From the human T2T-CHM13v2.0 reference genome, Homo sapiens: a stretch of 64,000 bases of DNA. Below, one piece after another: positions 14,928 through 34,410 of this stretch (positions within the stretch are counted from its first letter, which is position 1; each line of letters starts with the position of its first letter). The DNA is taken from NCBI RefSeq assembly GCF_009914755.1, contig NC_060927.1; one strand, written 5' to 3'. Under the pieces are notes generated by a model, which was not told where the DNA came from, made no database searches, and saw nothing but the letters and a program-made list of their open reading frames with translations. A program made the translations under genes and the position numbers.

Positions 14928-16166
14928 CAAGCATTTTTTTAAATGAACATTTCTTTAAGAATACAGAGTATGAACGCAGGAATTATGCTTGCTTACTGCT
15001 CTTTCCCCAGAATAGTGCTGGTGCAAAGTGATATGCAATAAATATTCATTGAAGGAATGAACAAGAATTTTAATGTCAACTCTTTTCAAAGAGATTCCAA
15101 TTAAACAAGGTAACCATTTAAGCCACTGAAGTAACAAGTTAAAAAAATCGATTACAATTGTTCTGGAAAAGTGTGTAGCAAAATCAACATTCTTGCACAT
15201 TGCTATTAGCCATATAAATTGGAAAATAACTTGGAAATATGTAATAGGACCTGCAAAAATATTTACAGCCTTTGATCTAGTAGTTCTACTTTTTAGGAAT
15301 CTTCTGAGGGAAATCCTAAGAAACAGATTATACAATATGTCCACTGTAACATTATTTATGGTGGCAAGTAACTAAACAGTCTAAATTTTTGGTAATAGGA
15401 GAATAGTTAGGTTTAAAAATGACACAAGCTCTAATGCATCCATTACAAAAGATGGAAATAATATGCAGTAATTTGACAAATCCTTCTGTTAGAATTCTAA
15501 TGTTAATAGTGCATATTCAACCTAACAAAAACAAAACATACACAAAAAGAAACAGTGGTTGTGTTAAGGTGAGATTATAGGTAATTTTTTTTTCTATTTT
15601 CCAAAATTTCTATAGCATGATTATCTACCTTTTATAATAAAATAATTCAGTTCTAATTTGCTAAAGAAATTATGCTTCTGTGGGGAAATTTTTAAAGCAG
15701 CTATGACATCCAGGGATTATGTAACTTAAACATTGTCTACTCCCTGACATCCACACACTGCCCAAACACCCTTTACCTACTCATATTCCTATATTTTGCT
15801 TCTTTGTACACACTTTGCTTACACAACTTGTCTGTCTTGTCTGGGCAGTAGATACTTTCTCCAAACATAGAGCGGGCTGGACTGTAGGATTCCATTTGTT
15901 ACTGAAATTTCTTCTGCTTCCCCTCATGACCAAACCCCAGTCCATCCTTCAGTATCCATGTCAGACATCCCTTCCTCTATGGTGCCCTATCCAACTCATC
16001 CCTCAGACCATCACTCCTGCCTTTGTGCTCTCTAGTTTAAGCTTTTACTTTTAAAACTTGTTGCATTATCATTATGAGCTTCCAGATCTCTCCTTCATTT
16101 TTGTTCCCCTAGGTTTAGCATACACCTCTTACATAATTTGTATTCAATATAATTGTGAATATGAGT

Positions 16167-16614
16167 GACTTTCGGTCACTCATCAATCTATTCACTCACT
16201 CAGCAAATATGTGAGTGTTTACTTTGTGCCAGGTACTTTTAGGAGTTGTGCACACAGTGGGGAAGTCCACAGACAAGCCCCTCCCCTCCAGAGCTTTCAG
16301 CCAGGCAGTGGAGATGGAATTACTTAGGAGTAATTAAACAAATCCAGTGACAGGAAGAACTGGCAAATGAGGGTAAAGAAAGAACAGGGTGCTGGCCGGG
16401 CGCGGTGGCTCACGCCTGTAATCCCAGCACTTGGGGAGGCTGAGGCAGGCGGATCATGAGGTCAGGAGATCGAGACCATCCTGGCTAACATGGTGAAACT
16501 CCATCTCTACTAAAAATACAAAAATTAGCCGGGCGTGGTGGCAGCACCTGTAGTCTCATCTACTCGGGAGGCTGAGGCAGGAGAATGGTGTGAACCCGGG
16601 AGGCGGAGCTTGCA
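16167..16614 (+). repeat. 448-bp duplicated segment, derived copy (L2-like flank plus 5' 220 bp of AluY)
   Basis: No differences seen versus 17188-17635 (offset 1021). Confidence 0.95.
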
Positions 16615-16624
16615 ATATGAATGA

Positions 16625-17093
<469 letters not shown>

Positions 17094-17187
17094 TGAGGCT
17101 GCCTTATTTGAGAAACGGGATGCACAGAGACTACTTCCTGTCAGGGTGTTATCACCAATACCCTCTCTACTGTAGAAGCTGTCCAGG

Positions 17188-17773
<586 letters not shown>

Positions 17774-18077
17774 TCAAAACAAGAGGTCACCTTCTCTAAG
17801 CATAGATCCACCCCTTTTGACAAACATTCAAGAAGCCTTTGTCTCCAATAAGGCATCATAGCTGCCAACAACTGCAGTGTTTGTTTCAAACTTTAAACAA
17901 AGAATGACCGTCTGAAGTAATACATTAGGGATACAGCAAGAAAGACAGACTTAAAGAAGTTTCTATTAAAGACAAAAAGCTACTAAAACCAAACAGAAGA
18001 AAAACCTCATTGTTTTCAATCAAATTATATATTTGGCCACCAGGAGTTAAATGCTACTGTAAGGTTCGTAATGGAAT

Positions 18078-18404
18078 ATTTTTATTTTTCTTTCTCTCTT
18101 TACTTTTATTTTGAGACAGGGTCTGGCTCTGTTGCCCAAGCTAGAGGGCTGTGGCAGGATCACAGGCTCACTGTAGCCTCAATTTCCTGGGCTCAAGTGA
18201 TTCTCCCACTTCAGCCTTGCAAGTAGCTGGGACCACAGGTGCATGTCACCACACCTGGCTAATTTTTTTTTTTTTTAATTTTTTTGTAGAGATGGGGTTG
18301 CACTATGTTGCCCAGGCTGGTCTCAAACTCCTGGGCTCAAGTGACCCACTTGCCTCGGCCTCCTAGAGTGCTAGGATTACAGGTGTGAGCCACCGTGCCT
18401 GGCC
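18078..18404 (-). mobile_element. AluJ
   Basis: ctcctgggctcaagtga; TSD gaatattttta. Confidence 0.87.
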
Positions 18405-19632
18405 TAGAATATTTTTAGTAAGTAGTTTCAAGTTTATTTCATCAAGTAATACTTACTCTTGATGTTGGTTGTGTGCTTTCATCATCCTATTATTAGCTTA
18501 TTAAAAGTGACCAAAATTAAAGCAGTGTAATAGATCTAACAACACAAGGTGGGCTAGTCCCACCCATGGTTCAGTCATGTAAAGATTTCCTTCAAACTTT
18601 GATACTTTCAGAAACTCCAGAGCAGTAGCTTCCTGTGTCTGCCATGCTCTTTCACCTCAGACTCTTGCTGTTTTCACTTCCTGGAATGTTCTTCCTATTG
18701 AAAGAGTGCTACTTCTCATCCATTCAGACCCAGCTCAGCCAGCACTTCCTCTGGGTTCCTCTGAGTTCCTCAGACTTACAGGGGCTTCCTCCAACCTGGC
18801 TCCCGTAGGACCCACTTTGTACCACAAACTGAAGCCCTCAGCATATTTGTTTGGGATTGTCTACATCTTGGTTTTTCAGAGTATGAGAAGCTCCAGGACT
18901 CTGCAGTGTCTGACACATTCTGGGTAGCCAATAAATGTCTGCTGAAAATATGCTGGCGCTTTAAAAATGAATAATGCATCATTTTCCTCCATAAACAGAA
19001 AGAAGAAGAGCTATAACAAAATATAAGACTATATGTTTAAGTATAACTTCAACATCTATAAAAAGACCCTGAAAGCAAACCGTGTGCACACAAAGCCACA
19101 AGGACCAATCTGTATTTCAGCAACTTTAAGGATTACAGGTGTGTCAAATTTTAACATGCTACCCATGATTGCTTGCCAATCTTCTAAAGCCTGAATATGA
19201 AAAAAAAAAAAAATGGGAGGGGGTGGTTAGAGTTGGGGATGAGATAAAGATATTTAACCACTCATAATACCCAAATGAAAGTCCAACTCTTTAAAGCACT
19301 TAAATTCTATTATTTGCTCTCGAAATATGCTTTGAGAGAGACAGAAACCATGTTAATGTTTTTAGAGTAATTGAACATCACTACCAAAGAGGTTCCTTCT
19401 GTAGACGTAACCAATAATACTATTTTTCTTTTCATCCATGTATTAAGCTTCATTTAATTGAACAATTCAGAATTGTGCAATTTTAATTAGCTATGTGAGG
19501 AAATATGACTGACACGTTATTGGTTTTGGTCAGTAGAAACCTCTGTGGCTGCCAAGAACCAAATGTGGCACATGGAGTATCCTGTAAAATACTGACCCAC
19601 TGTCCTTAACAAAAGTATAGTATGTGTATTTA

Positions 19633-19918
19633 ATTTTTAAATTTTTTATTTTTTTGAGACAGGGTCTCACTGTCACCCAGGCTGGTGCAGTGGCCCAATC
19701 ATAGTACACCACAGCCTCAAGCTCCTGCATTCAAATGATCCTCCCACCTCAGCCTCCTGAGTAGCTAGGACTATAGGCACGTGCCACCACACCCAGCCAA
19801 CTTTTTAAATTTTTTGTAGAGACGGGTCTCACCACATTGGCCAGGATGATCTCAAACTCCTGGGCTCAAGCAAACTTCCTGCCTCATCCTCCCCAAGCAT
19901 GAGCCACAATGCCAGGCC
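19633..19918 (-). mobile_element. AluJ
   Basis: Antisense Alu; TSD tgtatttaa. Confidence 0.85.
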
Positions 19919-20109
19919 TGTATTTAAATGTTATACAACTATAGAACTAATAGGATTTAATCTAAAATGGACTAAATTTACTATTAATCTGATGAGAACC
20001 TTTTGAGACAGACAGAAAAGGCTACTAAGCCTGTGAAGAGTCCAGACTGTAAAATATGTTTCCACATTGATGAACCAACTGACATTAATTTAGTTATTTG
20101 GGGAAAGAG

Positions 20110-20110
20110 T

Positions 20111-20164
<54 letters not shown>

Positions 20165-20166
20165 TA
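20110..20166. repeat. (TA)n(TG)n microsatellite
   Basis: Directly visible. Confidence 0.95.
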
Positions 20167-21214
20167 TTTTACTATTTAGTACATCAGTAATTTCCATCGG
20201 TAACCTCCACCTTGAATTTTAATCACAACCTATAAACTATATTTTGACTATTTCTTGTCAGAAATGATGGCTCAATATCAACATTGCCAAAGTCAAAACA
20301 TCAGTTTTGGAGGACATCCTTGACATCACTCCAACAGACAGGTTACGGGTTGAGACTTTGAATGGAAAGGCACAGGTGCCTGGAGTGCACTTGTGGGGCC
20401 CTGACAGGCCCATTGCAGTCCTCAGGTTCCTCGGCTTCTCAGGACAGTTCATCATAGCAGCCCCACCCTGCTGGCAGTACTCCGTCTGGGCTTCTCTGAT
20501 GCCTTCTTCCCATTTTTTCTTGTTTTCCCAACTTCTGCTTCCTCTGAGGCTCCACCTCTTCTTGGCAGCTCTAACACTATTCTTCATTCAGGGGATTTCA
20601 TGGATTTCCAGGGTTTCCATTATCACTGACCTGCCAACAAATTTCTCCCTATTTCCTATATTTCCTTTACTTATTCATCTCATGTTTTTAGCCTGGATTT
20701 TAGCTCCAGGAGGACCAAGTGCTGTTCGTCTTGTGAACTGCTATATCCAAGTACTAGCACATAATAATTGCTCAACTAACATGATAGAGAGGACATGGTA
20801 TATTTCCTCAATTATGGTGGTCAACTGAAGACACCTATGTTTCATAACTTCAGAAGTCAAAGTCATCTTTTCCATACTCATAGGCCAGATCTCTAAGCCC
20901 CAGAGTTGTCAATCATTTGAGCAAATCTAAAGCCCTTTGTTGAGGAAAATATCAACCCTGCTTGTAAGTACTTCTTCACTACCTTCACATTGAGGCAAGG
21001 TCACCCGCCATTAGGACTAGAATTCAAGTAAAGCACTTTAATTTAACAAAATGTCATTTCAACAACTTTGCCTAAGGTACCTACAGCCTAAGGAACTCTT
21101 CACAGTTGACACAAAATTCTAAAATGAACAATACCTTGGCAAAGCCCAGTGGAGCTCCTTGATATAAGACAGTGACTAAGAGACGATTTCTCTAGCTTTT
21201 GGAGCACTACCTCC

Positions 21215-21753
<539 letters not shown>

Positions 21754-22610
21754 TCATATATCCAGTTAGAACATCAGCAAACTAAATCTACGGACCCTAA
21801 AACTTTAACTTTAGGAAGAGGTTTTGAGTTCTTGTTATATGCCAAGCACTGGGTTAAGAAACTCATATACACAATTACATTTAATCCTTATAAGCCTTGA
21901 AGGAGGTACTGTCATTATCTTCATGTTCACAGATAAGAAACTAACACAGATGTTAAATAACTTGCCCAACTAGTCACAGGTGCTAAAGTCAGGATTTAAA
22001 CCTAATAGCCATAACCAACAGCAGCCCATGTTAAGAAGATCTACACCTGTATAGAAATCCGCAAACCTGAAAGCAATAGCAGATTGGCAAGAATAATGGT
22101 GACGATAAAAGAAAAAAAAAATTACCTTTGTAGTTTAGTGTAGACAACTGACAAAAATCAGATTTGGACTAAATATATTTCTCGTGTGCCAGGTATTGCT
22201 CCAAGTGCTTTACATATTTAACTAATGTTTGATGATGATAACAATGAACAATAAACCTTTATTCACATATTGTGCAATCTTCATAACTTTCCAGATGGAG
22301 CATTTTAATCACTTGCTAGATCAGTAAACAAACCCTTGGGTTATGTCCTCTGTTCAAGGTCACACAGCTAGGATAGCTCAAAGCCGGGATTTGAACACAA
22401 GTCTCCTCGATCCCAAAGTCCATGCTCGTAAACACTATGAAAATGTTCCCCAATGTTTGGTAAATATACCATCAGTTTCATGAGGTGTTTTGTGAAATAA
22501 GAGATCTATAGTCAATTAAATTTGGGATTCATTGTACACTCTCTTTAAGATTCAAAATACATATTAGCAGAGAGTTCTCAAAGGTTTTACAGTTAAAAAA
22601 GAAATCCTGA

Positions 22611-22971
<361 letters not shown>

Positions 22972-22980
22972 AATATATAT

Positions 22981-23300
22981 CTTTAAAGCAAATACTGAGG
23001 CCATTAGCCTGAGGTTGTCACTGTAGCTATAGCCCCCAGGTAAGCAGGCCAAAACCCAATTCAACATAAACAGTAAAATAAAACTTAAGCTTAACCTATC
23101 AGAAACCACTAACTAACCTCTAGCCACTGGATCATACCCAAATAAGCCAAAATGCCTAGCTGTAGCCAATCAAGTAATTTCTCTACCTCTCTTGGGTGTT
23201 TCATCTATAGAATCTTGCTGTTCACCCTGCAGAGTGCAGCTCTCTTGGCTCAAATAAACTGTTAAACTTATTTTGTCTCAAGTTTTTTTTTTTTAAACTC
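22981..23300 (+). mobile_element. ERV1 LTR (MER93-like)
   Basis: gaggccattagcctgagg...aaacttaagcttaacc...gctgtagccaatcaagtaatttc...ctcaaataaac. Confidence 0.6.
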
Positions 23301-23602
23301 TATTAGCATCCTCCAGGACTAAAATTTGTAAATACATAATACACTTTTTCCCAATGTGATGCATTCTTAATGTGGATCATACAACTAGCCACAAAAGAGC
23401 TGAGCGTGGAGGGAGAGGAGGGAGAAGGGGAAGACAGAAGATTGAACAACCATAACAGGAGACTGTTGAATGTAGTTCAAAGGGCAATGGGGTCCAGCAG
23501 ACCTTGTTCACAGCCAACTTCACTAAGCAGGCCCATGTCTGTGAAGAAGTTACTTAACTTTGTTGAGCCTCTATTTCCTTTCCTATAAAATGAGAGCATT
23601 AA

Positions 23603-24118
<516 letters not shown>

Positions 24119-25324
24119 TGAAATGGAAGTGACTGAAACCTTGGGACAAAGTGACTTTACCTTGGAAATGATGCATATACCAGAAACAGTGAGATACACA
24201 TCTTCCACTTTTTAAAAAGTAGATTTCAAAGTTTTCAAAGAAAGATAGTTTGAGTCTCAGGGCAGGGACAACATTATGGGACAGGCAGCTCTGAAAAGGG
24301 TCTCTCAATCTCTCATGGGGTATTTATCAACTATCCTATTCAAGGGGAAAAAGAAAAGGCAGATGACTATCAAATGTGGAAAATCACCAGTGTTCTTTTA
24401 AGGAGATGTCCTATAATTAACATTTAGTCAGAAACAGACACATAATTCATGACAAATTTGAAAACAAGCATAAATCTATTAAAACACGAGGAAGTTAGAA
24501 ACCCAGAAAACAGCGAGGCTTGCAAAACACAGTTGTGAAGGACAACACAAAACCATTTTTGGCTACATTCAGAGTCAGAAGCACGTGGAAGCACAGGGCC
24601 TGCCCCTTGCGACAGACGCGGTAACACAGTGATAATGGAAGCAGAACCATGAATTCCTAATTTCTCTTTAGTCTCTCTATCGTGAATGGTCTTCAAACAA
24701 AAATAAAAGTCCTAAAGCAGTAAGAGGAAAATTATGTCAATGATAGGAGAGAAAATTTATGATTTGGTGGGGAGCCTGTACATAAGTAGCAACATAAGCA
24801 ACATCTAAGGGCCATAAAAGAAAAACAAAACGCTAGCAGAGTGTTGAGAGAGAAATTAAGGCCAAGGAAGGGCAGTGAGAGGGAAAGAGACGGGGAAGTT
24901 CTCAAAAGAGATGATTTCTGAGTTGGTATTGAACGATGCGTGGGATATTGCCCAAAGTAAAAGGGTGGGAGGGCATCTGGGACAGAGGGGACAACAGGAG
25001 AAGCGTAAGCAGATTCACGAGCTGAACTGTCATCCATGACACAGTGAGGCTGCAGTCAGCAAAATGGTGCCAGGTTGTAGCAAGCACCAAGTGCCAGCCA
25101 AGGAACTTAGCACTTTTATTCTACAGGGGATAGGAAGTGCGGGTGGGGTGGAGGAGTGGTAACTGGAGGATTAACAGTCAGATTGGAGCACTCAGGACTG
25201 GGAACGAGGGATCATTTCACAGCCTTGACTTGATTAGGCCAAATGTGTGCAAGTCAAATAAATGCAGCCTGAGCATCCGTCCAGGTTTGACTGAGAATCA
25301 CTCTGGTTTAAAACCATTGCACTG

Positions 25325-25620
25325 AGCTAGGCATGGTGCCTCATACCTGCAATCCCAGCACTTTGGGAGGCTGAGACAAGAGAATCACTTGAGCCCAGGA
25401 GTTTAAGACCCACCCTGGCAATATAGGGAGACCTCATCTCTACAAAAAATACAAAAATCAGCTGGGCATGGTGGTGTATGCCTGTGGTCCCAGCTACTTG
25501 GGAGGCTGAGGTGGGAAGATTGCTTGAACCTGGGGAGGCAGAGGTTGCAGTGAACCACGATCATACCACTGCACTCCAGCCTGCGCCACAGACACCCTGT
25601 CTCAAAACAAAGAAAAAAAC
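25325..25620 (+). mobile_element. AluJ
   Basis: cacttgagcccaggagttt; dimeric. Confidence 0.86.
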
Positions 25621-26265
25621 ACTGTTGACCTAGCATGATTATTAATAGCAGTCCCTGCTACTCTCAAAAATGTCCTGGTTTGGACAATAAATTATACGGC
25701 TACCTAAATACATGTAACTTGGGGACTATCTATCTGTGTTTAATAACAATGATAATAGACATATATTTTAAAAGTTACAAACTGGAGAAAGGTGAGCTTC
25801 CCAATAGGTATTCTACAAATGGATTACAGATGGGGCACTAGCTATCAATGTTTAAATATTTTATAGAGGTAAAAACTTAAAGCCATTTTGTATAACTATA
25901 CAGAGTTGAATAATTGGCATCAGAGTTGGCATTCTATTTGAGAACCATTTGTGTAACTCTTTATAAATCTTGTGAATTCTGTTATTCAAGCTCATACAGA
26001 TTCCCCCAAAATTGCTTCCAGAATCCCCAGTATACTATACAAATGTAATTGTTTCTATGACACAAAAAATAAGAAGAAGCACTGATGTAGATTAATTGTG
26101 GGAGCTCAAAAAAAAAATCAGGACAAAAAATTCACTAGTGACTAAGTTATCATGAGTGTCCTCACAGCATAGCCCAGCAGGGAGGGCATGAAACTAAGAG
26201 TCCATGAATTTCTATTGCAGTTCCCATTTCGCCAGCATAACTGATCACATGTTTAAATTTAAAAA

Positions 26266-26513
26266 ATTTTTTTAAGAGACAGGGTCTTGCTCTGTCACCC
26301 AGGCTAGAGTGTAGTGGTGTGATCATACAGCCTTCACCTCCTAGGCTCAAGAGATCCTCAGTCTCCCCAGTAGCTGAGATCATGTGCCACCACATCTGGC
26401 TAACTATGTTTTGTAGAGACAGTCTTACTTTGTTGCCAAGGCTGGTCTTGAACTCCTGGCTTCAAGGGGTCTCCTGCCTTGGGATTACATGTGTGAGCCA
26501 CCGTGCCTGGCCC
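26266..26513 (-). mobile_element. AluJ (internally deleted)
   Basis: Antisense Alu; TSD ctgatca. Confidence 0.8.
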
Positions 26514-26789
26514 TGATCATACGATCTTGATGGTGTCCTTGAGCCTTTCTGAACCTCAAGTTCCCTTAGCTGACAAATGGAAATAACAATGGCAACCAGT
26601 TATTTATTGAAAAAAAAATGAAATGAGGTGATATTAGTAAAAACCTTCATAAAATCTAGAGTACTTTATAAATATGAGGTATACTAAAAAGTTATGTTAA
26701 GGTCTCATTTCTCTCAGGGATAGCCTCTTTTTCCACTTGCCACTGGTGTCCCTGAGGGGCACCCTTGGTAAAATCCTCCAGATCTTACT

Positions 26790-27830
<1,041 letters not shown>

Positions 27831-28192
27831 TTAGCACAAATCTAAACTCTTGAGTTCAGGAGTAACACAGGCTGGAATCGAATTCAGGCTCCACCTCGTA
27901 TAAACGGTGTCATCTTAAGCAAGTCACTTTTCTTTGCATTTCGGTCTCCTCCTTTGTCACATAAAGAACACCTGCCTGATTGTATTACCATGGGCTAAAC
28001 TAACTGAACACAAAGCACATAGCACAGTATCTGCCACAGAGTAAATGCTCACTATATGCTCAATAGATATTTTTACTATAGGCACTCAACCTTGACATCT
28101 CAGATTAGATACGTTTCCCCAGTGCCCAGGTCCACTTTAGATGTTCTTTCCAAGGCTCTTGCAGCAATCCACAGATGCCTCTATCATAATTC

Positions 28193-28775
<583 letters not shown>

Positions 28776-28875
28776 AAATTCAATTACATTTCTTCATTCT
28801 ATATAAACATAAAATGAAAGAGAAGTGGTAGACAGTTCCCACATAATTTCATTTGGCAGCAAAAGTAAATATATG

Positions 28876-28976
28876 GTGCTCACTTCAGCAGCACATACAC
28901 TAAAACCATAACAGTTCAGAGAGGACTAGCATGCCCCTGCAGAAGGATGACACACATTTGCAGTGTTACATATTTT
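28876..28976 (+). pseudogene. U6 snRNA retrocopy (diverged, near full length)
   Basis: gtgctcacttcagcagcacatacactaaaa...cagagaggactagcatgcccctgcagaaggatgacac...catatttt aligns end-to-end with U6; flanked by target duplication aaaagtaaatat; ACAGAGA box mutated to tcagaga. Confidence 0.93.
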
Positions 28977-28994
28977 CTTTAAAAAAGTAAATAT

Positions 28995-29327
<333 letters not shown>

Positions 29328-30206
29328 CTATTTTAAAAGAAGCAATTGTGCATAAAAAGAACATTTAAGAATGATTAACTGTACTTTCACACTTCACAGA
29401 AATGTCTCAGATCAAGCTCAAATTGCATGGTAGAAATAGGATGTCCCATTAAAATAATGAGGGTATTTCTATGCTCAGGGTTATATTTGTAGAAGTACCA
29501 GAAAAAATAAAAAGGAAACTATAAATTGGGCATTATCTTACACACCAGGTAGCTGAATCAATCTGACCTTAATGTTTCATAGGTACTATCTGCAGAGACC
29601 AACTCAGGTTGTTCACCTGTCAGAACTAATACTGATTAAATAATGCCCCTGACACTATTCTTAAAACCTTTTGCCTCCATATGTTTAAAGAAAAATCCTA
29701 GCAAATCAGCTAAAAATTGTGGTTAGTGAAGTTACTAATGTGCATGAAGAAATACGCATCATCACAATTTCTGGACAATCATTATTTACTGATGTTTTAA
29801 AGTTAAATTCACCTGACAATAGTAAATATTCCAGTTCAAAACTGTTATGAAAGAGATTAGCACGTTGAAGTTCTGCACAGTTTCCAGCTGAGCTGTCATT
29901 TAAACCACACCCACACAGCCCAAAAGCACATCATGCACAGAGAATTCAGGTGAGGTGACATTAAATCTCAACAAGTTTGGGGACATTTGGCAAGATAAAA
30001 ATCCTTGATCAACTAGTCCAAAAGCACTGTCACCCATAAGAAACAGGGGGAACACTCAGCATAAATACCAATTTCAGCACTTCTTTTACATTGTGTCACT
30101 GAAAAGATTCATAGTGTAAGCAGTAGTAAGTTAGAAAATAATCAAGACAAGCCAGGCTCATGCTCCGAGCTCTCTTGGGACACCATTATTACCTTTAGCC
30201 ACATTT

Positions 30207-30541
30207 TCCTTCCATCATTCAAGCACCTACCCTATCACTGGCAGTTGGTTTATCATCCTTCACTTGACTGTAAGCTTCTCAAGTTTAGGTTTCTGCCTTA
30301 CACATTTCTGTTTTGCCAGACCAGCTCCTTGCCTTGGTGTTCATTTAATAAGTGATCACTTCCAGGGTTTTAATTTTATTAAACACTGAAAGAGAGCTTG
30401 TTAAAATTTCATAATATGACACATCTTAGATTAGGCAGGCAATATAGTCAGGTTTTTCACTTGAAAATTCAATTACAGGTAGGCACGTTGGCTTATGCCT
30501 GTGATCCCAGCACTTTGGGAAGCCAAAGCGGGAGGATCACT
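30207..30541 (+). repeat. About 330-bp duplicated segment, derived copy ending about 65 nt into the Alu
   Basis: Shares private Alu head aggtaggcacg.tggcttatgcctgtgatcc and upstream flank with 28193-28518. Confidence 0.92.
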
Positions 30542-31020
30542 CTTCTAAACTATACATAGACTCTCCCTCCTATGAGACTTTGTAACTACACCTGTTCTAC
30601 ACCTATCAGCTTCCAGCTTTTTAATAGCTATATATTAACATGACTTCTCCATCCTACTAGACTGTGGTTTCTTCTAGGTCACTTTAGTGACTCTCCATAG
30701 CTTCACACAGGATTTCAATCCATGTTAAGTCTAGGTAACTGAGCACAAAGCATGGCACTATGATAGCTATATCAGGGGATCCAGAAAGTCTTTTTAAAAG
30801 AAATTCGATTTTTCTCATAAAGCAAATACTAAAATATATATTGATATGCATATGCACATCAGTTCCACTTTAGAAATAGAAAAATTATCCCTGGGGGGAA
30901 AAGTTACTTTTTGTTTTGAAAGATATTTTTTGTAGAGATGGGGAGGGTGGCATAGTTTCACTATGTTGCCCAGGCTGCTCTCGAACTCCCGACCTCAAGT
31001 GATCCTTGCACCTCAGCCTC

Positions 31021-31878
31021 TGTAAACTCAGCTGATAGCAATAACCTAAGCACATTCTGAGAATGACCCTGTATGGCAGACACACCTAAATGTGTGTTCT
31101 GAGTTAAGGAGTCCCCAAGTGCCCAACCCAGTGATTTGTTCTTTATCTATGATAAACATGTGAGCACCGCCCATCATGTAACATGGGATGTACAGGGGAT
31201 TGAGGCCCTGAGTTTTGGGTTAAATGAAGGTTGCCAGGTGGAAGTCATTAGGGGGAAGACGTCAAGTGACAATGCTATGTAAACTACATGTTTGTAGGCA
31301 GTTGTGATTTTCCTGCCCTGCCTGCCACCACTGGACTGTAGAAAGACAGATATGTTGTCCAGCCTCCTGCCAATGCCCCTTTTCTATATATAAAGTGGTT
31401 CTTCTGTCCAGCCCACCACCACTGGACTCTTTCCCTTGTATGCAAGCCCCTAATAAAACCCTATTTTTGGCTGGGCATGGTGGCTCACGCCTGTAATCCC
31501 AACATTTTAAGAGGCCAAGGCTGGTGGATCACCTGAGGTCAGGAGTTCAAAACCAGCCTGACCAACATGGTGAAACTCTGTCCTTACTAAAAAATACAAC
31601 AATTAGCCAGGCATGGTGGCGGGCACCTGTAATCCCAGCTACTCAGGAGGCTGAGGCACGAGAATCACTTGAAACCAGGAGGTGGAGGTTGCAGTGAGCT
31701 GAGATCACGCCACTGCACTCCAGCCTGGGTGACACAGTGAGACTCCATCTCAACAACAACAACCAAAAAAAAAAAAAAAAAAAAAAACCCATGTCTTGTT
31801 TGCAGGCTCTGGGAATCTTCTTCAGCCTCTTCAACCTGGTGCCTTCACTACTGAGGTTAATGGGGGTTTGGCACAACA
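31021..31878 (+). mobile_element. Solo ERVL LTR (LTR32-like), inside an Alu monomer and containing an AluS
   Basis: tgtaaactcagctgatagc...ggcacaaca; 5-bp TSD gcctc/gtctc; AATAAA near 31452. Confidence 0.75.
31469..31787 (+). mobile_element. AluS inside the LTR32-like LTR
   Basis: Dimeric Alu; TSD-like aaaaccc. Confidence 0.9.
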
Positions 31879-32248
31879 GTCTCCCAAAGTGCTGGGGTTA
31901 CAGGCATGAGCTACCATGCCTGGATTAAAAAAAGCTTTAAAATAATTTATTACTACATGTTCATTGTAGAAAATCTAGAATACACCAATACGAAAACTGA
32001 AGATACAACTTTATGGCCCAGAAGAAAAAAATCATGTTTTAAATTATATCTTTCTGCTTTTTCTATACAAACATAGATACATGTTTTGATATATAAATAG
32101 TGTATGATCTATTTTGTAGCCTTTTCCTGCTTAACACATGGTACAAATCTTTTGCAAGTCATTAAACATTTTACAACCTAAATTTTTTTAACTGCCTAGT
32201 ATTCCCAAATATGAATTTACCATTATTTAATCTTTTACTGTTCTTACA

Positions 32249-32555
32249 TTTTTCTTTTTTTTTTTTTTTTTTTGAGACGAAGTCTCACTGTAGCCCAGGC
32301 TAGAGTGCAGTGGCACCATCTCGGCTCACTGAAACCTCCACCTCCCTGGTTCAAGCGATTCTTCTGCCTCAGCCTCCCAAGTAGCTGGAATTACAGGCGC
32401 GCACCACTGCACCCGGCTAATTTTTTGTATTTTTTAGTAGAGACGGGGTTTCACCATGTTGGCCAGGCTGGTCTTGAACTCCTGACCTCAGGTAACCCGC
32501 CCGCCTCGACCTCCCACAGTGCTAGGATTACAGGCATGAGCCACCACACCCGACC
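32249..32555 (-). mobile_element. AluS
   Basis: Antisense dimeric Alu. Confidence 0.9.
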
Positions 32556-33182
32556 TTCATTCGTTTAAATGGTGCTGCAAATAAAAGAAAAAAAGATTGC
32601 TCGATTTTACTTCACGTTTATTATAAGTGGCAGTGCTTTTAGACAAGTTCAACAAGTTTTTGTTTTTTTTCTTTGTCTTACGGTGCTGATGAACAAGTTT
32701 TTTAATCCTGTAAAATGTTTCCATCTTTATAGCTAGAGGTTTGCCTATATCCATCATTACTTACCATAAATTCCATCTAGAGGGATTACGGGGTCAAAAA
32801 ATAAACACACTTATAAGGCTTTGATGGATATTGCCAAACTGTTCTCCAAAAACGTGGTTCTAACATACATTTTCTCCAGCAGTGTACACTTAGTATTTTA
32901 ACCTGCACTGAGATTACCATTTAAAAAAAAAAATCTTTGTCTGCATAGCATTTGGAAATCAGCCTTCAGGACTTCCCCAAACTCTCTTCTTTTGTTCCTC
33001 TAGTCTCCTGCTGCCTGATCATCTAAATTACACCTCTGCCCTTCTCAGACCTACTTTTGTTTGTGCTTTTCCACTGCTCAAGTCTTATGGTGGCTTTGCT
33101 ATAACACAGAAATTTGCCTAGCTAGTATTTTATCCCCTTAGGGCCAAAGTGTCAACTAATCTGATAAACTAATCCATGCTAA

Positions 33183-33793
<611 letters not shown>

Positions 33794-34071
33794 AGGAGTC
33801 AGAGAGATCCTAAGTAGCTGCTTCTTAAGGAATATGGGGAACCCCAAGGAAAAAAAGCACAATGAACATAATCTCAATAGTCTGACTCACTGCACAAGAT
33901 AAAGGACATAAAAAATGCTAAAGCATAAAGTATTTGCCAATGACAACAGAATAAACTAACATTCACATTTCTTAATGGTAGGCAGCTGATGCTGTCTTAG
34001 GAAATAGGCTGAGCTTAATCTCTCAAACAGCTTCAATTGCTTTTGTAGTTGAGCCAATCAACTCAAACTAA

Positions 34072-34410
<339 letters not shown>

